From positions 1,088,001 to 1,152,000 of the forward strand of contig OY759316.1 of the NCBI GenBank assembly GCA_963662275.1: 64,000 nucleotides of DNA. The letters run 5' to 3'. Each line of letters starts with the position of its first letter. Within the stretch, counting starts at the first letter, position 1. Under the pieces are notes generated by a model. That model saw only the letters and a list, made by a program, of their open reading frames with translations. It made no database searches and was not told where the DNA came from. The position numbers and the translations under genes are program-made. The stretch is from Candidatus Cloacimonadales bacterium (lineage in GTDB: Bacteria > Cloacimonadota > Cloacimonadia > Cloacimonadales > DAONDQ01). Shown here in pieces: positions 41,339 to 53,500 of the stretch.

Positions 41339-43510
41339 CTAATTTAGTGAAAGAATTTTTTGTATGTGATTTCGTACTTTGTCTACAAGATGGAAAAGAA
41401 CCTGGTTGCTGGACCCTTGAATTGAAAAGTGTTTTTTAAAATCCTCTAAACATCGGTCTATAATTAACTGAATACTCTGTGTTGCTTTACCGCCAAAATT
41501 CAATTCCAGATGTTCTAATGGATGATGATCCATGCTCTGCAGTCGGTTATAGGTGATGCATTCTATGGGTATCCACAACTGGTCAGAAGTTTTTAATTGG
41601 GTATATAGCGTCTCCAAATCGATTAAATACTTGCTAATCAAGTTAATGATGTTGGCTGAAAAAGCCTTCTGAGCCTCGTTTACGATAGAGAGAATTTGTT
41701 CCTCTCTTTCCAGGATACCTTCAAAAAGACTATCTTTGAGAAATTTGTTAAGCTTAGTGATAGGTGGATGTTTGGAAAGTAAATTCAGATACAACTGAGT
41801 AACAAATTTATCCTTAAGCTGTCTGATATATTTCTCTGGCGCAAGAGAATTTTTTAGTTCAATGATAGAGGTCTTATCTCTGAAATAGTGGGTAAGTTCA
41901 TTTTCACTAAGATTATCAATCAATTCATCCTTGAATAGTTTGAGTTGAAGATCTTTATCAAAACTCTCATATTCATGAAGCAGATCCTCAAACAACATTA
42001 GATATTCCATAAAAATACAATATGTCTGATGATTAGCACTAAATTCCTTCCAACTGGATTCAAGAATTCCGATGATTCTGGTCAGTTCATAATTCGAGAT
42101 AGGATAATTACCGATATTCCTCAATTGGGATAAGACTGGATTTAATGAAAATGTGCAGGATTCAGTGAGATTTAGATTTTGATAACGATATTCAAAAGTA
42201 TTGATTAATTCATTGATTTCTTCTTGTTTATGAGAACCGGATTTTTCTAATTTTTTGATTTGCTTAATCAGATTTTTCGTAAATGGTATTTCTAAGGTCA
42301 AATCTGCTGACAGGTCAGCTTTTCTGTATGATTGCGCTAAGCGAAGCAGCATATTTGTCCAGTTGTCTTTAAAATTGTCACTTAATGCTGTATCATTGAT
42401 TCTAAAATCGTTAAAAGCAATTGGCTTGAATTGGCAAACTAATTCCCTATTCCATACTTGCAGTTCATCAACCAGAATCAACAGATATAATAGAGGTAAT
42501 CTTATCCCAGATATCTTTTCCTTATATCCTTTACTGAAAATCCCTTCTTTAAATTTATCATAATGATGGAGAGAAGCATTACTGATTGCATCTGTAAAAT
42601 CCTTCATTTCCTGGATGATTCGGATGATACTTGCATAGGAAATAGTAGTTTCACTGCTATTTAAAAATATTCCCAGTTCGTGATAATAACCTTTTATTGC
42701 TTCTAAACCACCCAGTATATCATGAGAACCATATTCTTCGACAAAATTCTCCACAGCAATTCGTTTTATTGAATCACTTATCTGATTACTTGAGAATTTT
42801 CCAAGCCTGCCTTGGAGTCGATGGCTTATAATATCAAGCGCATTATCATGGAGTAAATAAGGAGGGACAAATCCTGTTGTGAGGGAATTTTCAATTTCGG
42901 CTATTCCTGAAATATTGATAATATCCTCGAAATGTGGGATTGTCACAGAAAAAACCTGATTTGTTGTATGAAAATGGTGCTTAGCTTCCATATTCATGGC
43001 GTTATAGCTAATTTGTGGAAGATAGGCGATATCATGGAAAAATGCAGTGATAGCCCAACGTCTATGGAATCTTTCATAATCTGGGTGATGAGATAAAGGC
43101 AGGACTTCCGAGGATGGACTCATATATATATTATCGAGCTTTTCAAAATCGATATTCGCAAGCAGCATATTCCCCAGAAAATCATCTTTCATCAAGTACA
43201 AACCCATCAGATAATTATAAACAGAATGTAGATAATGTGATCGATAATCTTTAGTAATCCACGGGAATCCATAATCAACTTTTAAAAGTGAAGTAATATA
43301 CCCTTGCAGGATTCTTTCGATACAATGCGTTTCAAATCCAAGATTACGTATCGTTTGAATCATTAATCTCTGGGCAATATCAGTTTTTTCTTCATTATCA
43401 TTGGATGATAGAAATTGATTAATTAAATGAACATTGTTCACAGGAATGATTCGATCGGATGATTTCACAAAAAAATCTAATAACACTGAATCTATCAAAG
43501 TATCCGGCAT
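41339..43510 (-). CDS. HD-superfamily metal-dependent phosphohydrolase (HD-CE-like) with helical C-terminal half
   Basis: YRSHYLHSVYNYLMG, WAITAFFHDIAY (HD), SHDILG, ASLHH, PLLYLLILVDELQVWNR match the H..HD..H..HH..D metal-ligand order. Confidence 0.75.
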   Translation of the reverse strand: MPDTLIDSVLLDFFVKSSDRIIPVNNVHLINQFLSSNDNEEKTDIAQRLMIQTIRNLGFETHCIERILQGYITSLLKVDYGFPWITKDYRSHYLHSVYNYLMGLYLMKDDFLGNMLLANIDFEKLDNIYMSPSSEVLPLSHHPDYERFHRRWAITAFFHDIAYLPQISYNAMNMEAKHHFHTTNQVFSVTIPHFEDIINISGIAEIENSLTTGFVPPYLLHDNALDIISHRLQGRLGKFSSNQISDSIKRIAVENFVEEYGSHDILGGLEAIKGYYHELGIFLNSSETTISYASIIRIIQEMKDFTDAISNASLHHYDKFKEGIFSKGYKEKISGIRLPLLYLLILVDELQVWNRELVCQFKPIAFNDFRINDTALSDNFKDNWTNMLLRLAQSYRKADLSADLTLEIPFTKNLIKQIKKLEKSGSHKQEEINELINTFEYRYQNLNLTESCTFSLNPVLSQLRNIGNYPISNYELTRIIGILESSWKEFSANHQTYCIFMEYLMLFEDLLHEYESFDKDLQLKLFKDELIDNLSENELTHYFRDKTSIIELKNSLAPEKYIRQLKDKFVTQLYLNLLSKHPPITKLNKFLKDSLFEGILEREEQILSIVNEAQKAFSANIINLISKYLIDLETLYTQLKTSDQLWIPIECITYNRLQSMDHHPLEHLELNFGGKATQSIQLIIDRCLEDFKKHFSIQGSSNQVLFHLVDKVRNHIQKILSLN

Positions 43511-43657
43511 TTACCCATCCTTTTAAATTCCCTTATGTATCTTTGAATTCCCAATAGTTTATTACTATGTCTGAATCGTTATATGTTATTTTATTTGTCA
43601 ATAATTAATTTCAAACATTCATTTATTCCTGTATTATAACATAATCAGCCAACCTCT

Positions 43658-43751
43658 TCATCTTTGAACTTCTCTCAGGACTTTCTCATCTTTAAACTTC
43701 TCTCAGGACTCCCTCAGACAACTCTTAAATAACTCTTAAGACCTGAGAGAA
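43658..43751. repeat. Direct plus inverted repeat cluster in the divergent promoter region
   Basis: TCATCTTT[G/A]AACTTCTCTCAGGACT at 43658 and 43686 (28-bp period); AACTCTTAA at 43720 and 43731; CCTGAGAGAA (43742-51) is the reverse complement of TTCTCTCAGG. Confidence 0.75.
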
Positions 43752-44503
43752 AAATGAGTATTGGTTGAGAGTTTGCTAACTTTGAAGTGAGTGTAATTTT
43801 CTTGACTAGTAAATCATGAAAATATATGAATTTATATTGTAACTCCTTGTTTTATCTAAATACTGGAAATTCTTTCTTGCTTAAATTTTGCATTGACTTA
43901 GACTATTAGATATTACTCAGGAGAAATTATTGAAAATAACTTCTAATTATTCTCCTTTTCTAGTCTTTTTTTCACTGTTGATAATCCGACATACTTGAGT
44001 ACAGTACAAGGTATGAATGAATTAGAAGTGAGTAGAAAAGGGAATGGGAAAGAAAAGAAAATGAGAATACTGAGATCAAAGTCAGTATTTTTTAAATTGA
44101 ACATAATATGAAGCAGATGAGATGTATATATTTTATAAAAAGCGAAGTTTTAACTGTTTATCCGATTGTTGACTGGCACAACCTAGAGAATATTTTGGAG
44201 ATAAACTATTGAAAAGAAGGAAAAGACAAAACAAGGATAATTCTGATTGTACTATAATTTAAATCACAAAATAGAGGATTTTCCTAATTTATAAGTAGTC
44301 CCAAATGAAAAAAACATTGACAAATGGATATGGAATAAACAAAGATGATATAATAAGAGTGGTAGAATAATAAGTAATTTTCCAATCGGGTAGGCGCTGA
44401 TAAAATATATATGCGTCAATTATATTGGAGTATCATATAAATCTATCATTAACTAATAATTAATTATACAAAAAGAATAAGCGTATTTACAGGAGTGTGA
44501 TTT

Positions 44504-47500
44504 ATGAAACGGATATTTTATGTTATCTTAATGGTAATTATCAGCTTGTCCATCTTAAATGCAGCGCCGACAGACTGGCTCAAACTTTCTGGCTCTGCTA
44601 TTACCCCCCAGGTAATTCAAGATATACAAAATAGTAACCGAGATGTCCGTGGACCCTCTTTTAATTTTACTTCTCCTTATAACTTACCAACAACGGCGGA
44701 AATAGCTGTCAGTAATCTATTTCTGGAGGATACATCCTGGACAAAAGATTTTACTACCCTTGTTATTCCTGCCGGTGGAACTTACTATCTTTATTACAGT
44801 AATCCAGAACACTTTACCATAACACAGGATCTCGTGAATCCTCTCATCTTGACATTTGCCCCCAAACCTTTGAACTGGAATGGCTCAGAAATGGTTATTC
44901 TGACTGTATCTGATGTACCCCTAGGCAGAGAAAGCAGAGCCTATTCAACAGCTATAATTAGGTTGAATGTTACACCTGTTCCGGATCCACCGATTTTGAA
45001 CTTTCCTCTAATATTTCCTCCCGAATTCTTAGAAGATACCACATTAACTGTGAATTTTGCAGATTATGTTCAGTGCGTTGATAGTGCTCCCAATAACTTT
45101 GATTTATATCTTTCGCAAACTCAACTTCCACCTTACAATGTCGAAATATCCCAAGTACCTGCTAATATTGGTCAAATTGTAACATTTACACCAAAACATG
45201 ATTTCAATGGTGAAGTGAATTTTGTATTAACAGCAGTTGATAGAACAACGAGTGCCCTCGTTTCAACAACTATAACTGTGGATGTACAGGCTGTAAATGA
45301 TGCACCAGTAATCGATAGTTTTATCCCTATACTCACAAACCAGAATATTGAGCAATACAGTACATTGAATTTTTCTATTGTAGCACATGATGTGGATTTG
45401 ACACCGCTTGATTATTCATGGACTGTTTCAGGTACTCATAACGGAGTTCCCTTTTCCGATGTTTTTTCGACTCTTTCCACCGGTGCTTATACTTTCAATT
45501 TTCCGGGACTGTATACGGTAGAGGTCGATGTAAATGATGGGGTGAATCATGTTCACCAGACTTGGAATGTGACTGTTGCACCGACAGGTCCTATCTTTAA
45601 TCCTTGGGGTGGAGTATATTTGCATCCAGTTTCAGTGACTCTTACTCCTCCTGCAGAATATCCGACTGCTCCCATTTATTACACCATAAATGGGACACTA
45701 CCGGATAACACGTCGTTGCTTTTTAATCCAGCCAATCCCATATTGATTTCTGCCGGATTGAATAATGACAACATCGTGACTGTGAAAGCAATCTATTATG
45801 AAACTGGATTGCCCCCATCTAGTATCATAACGCAGAATTACCAAATCACAGGTACTGTACATGCCCCTGTGTTTTCTCCAGATCCTGCGGTTTATTATCC
45901 TAATGCCCAACAGGTTCATATTTCCACACCGACTATCGGTGCTTCCATTTATTATACAATAGATGGAACTGATCCTGTTGTCGGTGCGCCTAATACTTTC
46001 CTGTATTCAGATTTAACTCCGATTGATGTTCCCTTGAACACCACGAAAGTCATAAAGGCAATTGCCATGAAAACAGATTGGCAAGCTAGTAGTATTGTCA
46101 CAGCTACCTATAATGTTACGGGAACAGTTGTGATCAGTCATTATGAATTTAATCCCTCTCCAGGTCATTACGATGTTCCACTCGGTGATGTTTTAGATGT
46201 CAATATCAATAATATTGTATTAGCTCCAATGGATGCAGTTCTACATTATACTATTGATAACAGCATACCTACAACAAGCTCTCCAGTTTATAACGCAGGT
46301 CATACTTTTATTTTTAGTACACCGACAACAATCAGAATACGAGCATTTAAAACAAACTGGCAGCCCAGTGATATTATCAGCGTCGAATACGATATAGCTG
46401 GACAGGTAGTCATCGATCGTTATCCTGATCCAAATAATACAGTATTTAATCCTGCACCAGGGATCTTCTCTACTTCTCAAAATGTGACGATCAATAGCAC
46501 AATACCACCAGGCGGTTCGATCTATTACTCACTTGATGGGTCAGATCCAGTCGTTGGTGGTCTCACAACCTTCCAATACTTTGGACCAGTTCTCATAACT
46601 TCATCCAAGATAATTAAAGCCATAGCTACCTATTCAGGGTTAAGACAAAGTCCTGTTTATCAAGGTGGATATACGATAACTGGTACTGTGGCAACACCTG
46701 CCTTCATGCCTCCTGCTGGCGTATATCCTTCCTCCCAGGAAGTTGAAATTAGCTGCGCTACTCCAGGAGCTAGCATTTATTATACACTTGAAAATAATCT
46801 TATTGGGAGTGAACCTGTCATTGGTGCTGCTAATACTTTCCTTTATACTGCTCCATTTACAGTAACTGTTCCAGTTGGATATTCGACTTTGAAAGCCAGG
46901 GCTTTTTTGAATACCTGGGAACCTAGTGCAATAACGACTGGTATATATAGTATAGCAAGGCTCCCGATGCCATCTTTCAATCTTGTGTCAGGAACTTACC
47001 CCGTATCACAGACTATCCATATAACTGATGTTTCGGAGAGAGCTGCTAAAATCTATTATACTCTGGATGGTACTGATCCTACAGAAGATTCTAATTTGTA
47101 TAATGATATTTCTCCCATAGTCTTAGCTGAGAATACAACAACCATCATTCGAGCTCGAGCTTTTAAAGCTGGTTGGAATCCCAGTGATGTAGCAGCACGC
47201 ACATATACGATCACAGGTACCGTTAGTGATCCTCAATTTGCTCCCCCATCAGGTACTTATCCTCTTCCAACAGATGTATCAATTTTCTCTACAACTCCCG
47301 GTAGTACGATTAGATATACAACTAACGGAGTTGTTCCTACACCTACCTTTGGAACAGTTTATAGTGATCCTATCCATGTTTCTTCAGGATTGACAATCAA
47401 AGCTATAGCATATCAGGCAGATTGGAATAATTCCAATGTTACAGAGGCAACATATATCATTTCAGGTATTGTTGGAAATCCTGTTTTTACTCCACCTGCA

Positions 47501-50500
47501 GGTATATATGCCAATGCTCAGCAGGTTTATCTCGGTGTTAGCCCAATAGATGCCAGTATCATATATACGATTGATGGCTCAGATCCAAGCGAAATCCATG
47601 GAACTCTTTTTAATGCCGCAAATCCAATCTTAGTCAGTTCTTCTCATACAACAATAAAAGCTTTTGCTTATAAATTAGGCTGGACTTCATCACAAATAGT
47701 CACAGCAGACTATTATATCACTGGGGCTGTAGCAGCACCGACTTTTGATCCTGCGGGAGGCGAGTATGCTTCTGCTCAGTCTGTCAATTTAAACTGTACC
47801 ACTCCAGGTGCTTCTATCCGCTACACAGTTGATGGTGCATTACCAAGTGCTACAGTAGGTATTCCTTATGATCCACTAATTCCAATTCTCATTACCCAAA
47901 GTACTAATGTAAGGGCAGTAGCCTATAAAACAGATTGGATCACTTCTCCTGTATCCAATGCTATCTATACTATTAATGGTATCATTTCCAGTCCGATATT
48001 TTCTCCAATTGGCGGGTCTTACAATAGTCCGAAGTTCGTCAGTATCCGAACCTTCCCAGTAGATGCCACGATCCGATATACTACAGATGGCAGCATTCCT
48101 ACTGAAATATATGGTACTGAGTTTGTCAGTGGTAACACTATTCCAATCGGTGTTGCAACGACAATAAATGCAATCGCCTATAAAAATAACTGGCAGACTT
48201 CTTTAGTGTCAACTGCAAGCTACTCATTCAATGTGGATAGTCCAGTTTTCACTCCATCTGCTGGAGTTTATGCAGGTAATCAAACAATATCTATTAGTTG
48301 CCCAACATCTTTGGTTACAGATGGGATTTCAATTCGTTACACCATTAATGGTCCTGATCCTACTCCAACAATAGGGATAGAATATCTGAGTTCATTTGAA
48401 ATTAGTTCTAGTCCAACAACAATCAGAGCCATAGCTTATAAAACCGGTTGGAATAATTCTCCAGTTGTCATATCAACTTATGTAATTAATGGAGCTGTTC
48501 GTACCCCAGAATTCTCAGTAGCACCAGGGACTTATTTGAATACGTTTAATGTTTCGATCAGCACAATGCCTACCGATGCTACGATTTACTATACACTCGA
48601 TGGCAGTATTCCTACAGATCATAGTGATATTTACAATGAGGCTATTCCCATAACAAGAAGTACAATTCTGAAAGCAATAGCGTATAAAAGCGCGTATTTA
48701 AATTCTGGAGTGGCTGAAGCTAATTACATTCTGAAAGTGACAAAACCAGTCTTCAGCCCGTTGCCGAATACCTTTAATACTGCACAGACAATCACTTTAA
48801 CAACACCAACACCAGGTGCTCAAATACGTTACACATTAGATGGTGTTACCACACCAAGCTCAGCGATAGGAACTTTTTATGCAGGACCTTTCAGCATTAA
48901 TTCTAACACGACTATCAGAGCTATTGCATTTATGCCAACTTTTGATTGGGAAAATTCTGATGTTGCTGAAGGTGTGTACATGTTCAATCTCAATCCACCC
49001 ACTTTCAGTCCTTCTGCTGGACAATACGATGCTGCCCAGAGTATTACTCTCTCCGCTGGTACAGCTAGCATCCGTTATACACTCGATGGAACTGATCCCA
49101 GTGATGTGAATGGACTTCCGTATAATAGCCCAATTCTACTCACTGAAGCTACAACCATCAGGGCAATTGCTTATATGGCAGGCTGGAACAATTCAACCAT
49201 TGCCATCGCTCCTTATACTTTTAAAGTAGCTACACCAATCTTTTCTCGAAATCCGCTTAATATTTATGGTTCTGCCCAGGATGTAGCTATTTCAACGTCG
49301 ACTGATGGGGCAGCTATTCGTTACACGACAAATGGTGTGGATCCAACAGAAACTGATGGATTACCATATGTTGGATCTATTCATATAGATGGTAATACAT
49401 TAATTAAGGCAGTTGCTTATAAAACAAATTGGATTTCCTCCAGAGCTGAAGCCAACTATAAATTCGAAGTTGCTAAACCAGAATTCACACCTCCGAGTGG
49501 AACTTATACGACTGCTCAGTCCGTATCGCTTTCTTCTCCTACAAGTGCCACTGAGAGTGGTGTTGAGATTAGATATACGGTGGATGGACCTGAACCGACT
49601 CCTTTATTTGGAACTGTTTATGTTGCTGGTTCAACAATAGATTTCCCAATTAACACTTCCCGTACTATCAAAGCGATTGCTTATAAGTCGAACTGGCAAA
49701 ATAGTGTAGTCAATATGGCTGTTTATCTCATCACAGGAACAGTCACAATGAGTGAACCTGTATTCAGTGTATTATCAGGAACCTATCAGTCAGCTCAAGA
49801 TGTATCTATACTTAGTTCAGTTTTCCCTGCTGATGCAGTGATTCATTATACGACAGACGGAAGTGTTCCCACTGAAGCATCTCCAGTATATGCAGGTGCA
49901 GTTACAGTTCCGCTGGCAACCATCACGACAATCAAAGTGCGTGCTTTCAAGGCAGATTGGATTCCCAGTGCGATTTATTCGGAAACTTATAATGTCACCG
50001 GAAAGATAGCAATACCAACTCCGTTGTTTACGCCAGCAGCCGGTGATTATCTGAATGCACAATTTGTGACTCTGAACACCAGTACAACACTTGCTGGAAC
50101 TCATGTTTATTATACTCTCGATGGCAGCGATCCTACAGAAGCTTCTCCTGAATATGTCTTTGGATCTCAAATTGTCATACCACAAGGAGCAACAACAACC
50201 CTGCGGGTAAGAGCATTTAGAGTTGATTGGATACCCAGCGATATTGCAACCGCTGTTTATCATATCAGCAATAAAGTAGTTTTCAATCAACCAGTGTTTA
50301 ATCCTCCGGCTGGACTTTATGCAACATCACAGTCAGTTGTGATAAACACAGCTATTCCAGCAGAAGCAACCGTACATTATACCATCAATGGAACTGATCC
50401 TACACTTGCTTCTCCTGTATATACAATTCCTATTATAGTCGCAGGTAACTCACCGCTGGTGATCAAAGCTTGTGCCTTTGCTCCAGGTTTTGCGGATAGC

Positions 50501-53500
50501 AACATTGAGACTGCTGTTTATAATGCTAATGTAGTACCCACACCTATATTTAGCCTTGCTTCGGGAACTTATACTGAATTCCCGCAATTTCTGACTATAT
50601 CAGTACCAGAAGAAGGTGCAACAATTCGCTATACTCTGGATGGAAGCGAACCTACAGCAACTTCAACTCTATATTCAGGAGTTATCACCCTGAATACTAA
50701 TAATACGTATACATTTAAAGCTAAAGCATTTAAAGACACTTGGGTTAATAGCTTAACTGCCAGTGCAACCTATATTATTACAGGTACTCTTCCCAGTGTT
50801 GTCTTCAATCCTGTTGGCGGAACATATCCTGTATCTCAAAACATTATCCTAACTTCTCCAGTAGAAGGTACCAGTATTCATTATACGATTGATGGTAATG
50901 ACCCCAATGCAGCATCTCCGTTATATTCAGCTCCGATAAACCTTGCTTTAGGCACGAATACTACAGTTAAAGCAATTGCAATGAAGTATGGTTGGGTGAA
51001 TAGTAACGTAAGAAGCGAAGTATATAATATCACAGGTCAGGTTGTGTTTAGTCTTCCTGTCTTCACTCCTGTTGGCGGAGTATATTCTTCTGCCCAGTCA
51101 GTTACCATAAGTTCACCAACTCCTCCTGATGCTACCGTCAAATATACGGTAGACGGAAGCGATCCCAGTGAATTAAATGGAACAACTTACACTGTTCCCT
51201 TCACAGTTAATGCTTCTCAAACCATAAAAGCCATTGCATACAAATCCGATTGGATTAGTAGCAGTATTGCTTCTGTTTCATACGATATAACAGGTCTAGT
51301 TGCTGATGTTACTTTTGATATTCCTGGAGGAATCTATCAGGAAGCCAAAAATATTACCCTCACTTCATTAACTCCTGGAGCAGTAATACGCTATACGACA
51401 AATGGCAGTGAACCAAGCGAAGCTTCAGCGACTTTCACAGGTGCGATCACTATTCCACTTAATTCAACAATGGTTATCAAGGCAAAAGCTTACAAAGCAA
51501 ACTGGATTACCAGTTCTACAACAAGCCAGACCTATACGATCACCGGTCAGGTTGTGTTCAATCAGCCTGTGTTTACGCCAGTTGCAGGAAATTATACTAC
51601 CGCTCAGACGATCAACTTGAATACTGTGCTACCAGCAGATGCCATCATCAAATATACGACGGATGGCACAGAACCAAATCTTGGTTCCTTTTCATATTTA
51701 GCCCCTCTATTATTACCTTTGAATAATTCACTCAATCTTAAAGTGAAGGCATTTAAACTGGATTGGACTCCCAGTGAGACCTATTCAGCGTCCTACAATG
51801 TAACTGGACAGGTAACGATAGCTCAACCTATCTTTACACCAGATCCTGGCTTGTTCCAAACTCCACAGACGATTCACATTAATACTAGTGTAGTACCTGC
51901 AGACGCAGTGATTCATTATACACTTGACGGCTCGAACCCTATAGAAAGTTCCCCGGTTTATACTGATCCAATCAGTATTGGTGCTAATCAGCAGCTATTA
52001 ATCAAGATTCGTGCTTATGCTGCCAATTGGATACCTGGTGAGATTCAATCCGGATTGTTTACAGTTACAGATCAAGTTGCTCAAGTTGCATTTAATCCTG
52101 TTGGAGGAACTTACAGCACAGTACAGAACGTTTTACTTACAACGCCTACTGATGGTGCTACTATCCGCTTTACAACTGATGGAAGTGAACCCAATGAGGG
52201 ATCAACTATATTCACTTCAACAATTACGATACCGCTCAATACCAGCTTAACTATTAAGGCAAAAGCTTTTAAAACTAGTTGGACTCCGAGTATCACTACC
52301 TCACAATCCTATGTGATTAACAGTCAGGTGGTCTTCAACCAACCCATATTCACACCTGCCGGCGGTACATATTCTTCAGATCAGACGGTTAGCATCAATA
52401 CAACATTGCCAAATGATGCTACCATTAAATATACTGTTGATGGGAGTACTCCTTCATTAATTAATGGTATCGTTTATGGCGGTCCAATTCTTATTAATGC
52501 TAATACAACTTTAAAGGTTAAGGCATACAAAGATAATTGGCAAGATTCAGAGATAGCACAAGCTACATATGTGTTCCAAACAGACAATCCTATATTATCA
52601 CTTGCATCTGGAACCTATGCTACTTCTCAGACATTGACAATAACAAGTCCTACAGTAGACTCTCAGGTTCGCTATACAATAGATGGAACAGCCCCAAGTG
52701 CATTAAATGGAACGATTTATTTAATTCCAATACCGATTAATAACTCACAAACTGTGAAAGCAATTGCATATAAAACAGGGTGGAATCCAAGTGCAATCGT
52801 CTCAGGTATCTATGAGATTACCGGTCAGGTGGCAGATGTTACATTTAGCACTCCAGGTGGGACTTATCAGACAGCACAGAATATTACACTTTCAACAATG
52901 ATCGTTGGAGCTGCTATTCGTTATACGACAGATGGAAGTGAACCAGATGAGACTTCAGCAACATATCTGAATTCAATCTATACTCCATTCAATTCTACAA
53001 CAACGATCAAGGCGAAAGCATACAAAACCAACTGGAATCCAAGTACAACAACATCACAGACCTATATTATAACCGGACAGGTTGCTTTCAATCATCCAGT
53101 TTTCAATCCTCCTGCCGGAATCTATACTACTGCTCAAACAATCAGTCTGAATACAGTGTTGCCGGCTGATGCTGTAATCAAGTATACTATAGATGGTTCA
53201 GAACCAGATATGGGATCTTATACCTATGCTGCACCATGGTTATTGCCATTGAATAGTACTCTCGATCTAAAGATCAAAGCATTCAAAACAGACTGGACAC
53301 CAAGCCTGACCTATTCTGCATTCTATACGATTACCGGACAGGTAACGATGGCTCAACCCGTCTTTGATCCAGCACCCGGTTTATATGCCACAGCCCAGGC
53401 GATTCATATCAATACAAATGTGACACCTGCGTCTGCTGTTATTCACTATACTGTAGATGGTTCTACACCTACTGAAAGCTCTCCTGTTTATGGTGCTCCA

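Noticed and set aside
43511..44503. Riboswitch or ncRNA in the 1-kb intergenic region or the leader of the giant gene
   Set aside because: I could not find a recognisable aptamer consensus. The TTGACA at 44317 lacks a well-spaced -10 box, so no promoter was called. An Rfam scan would be needed.
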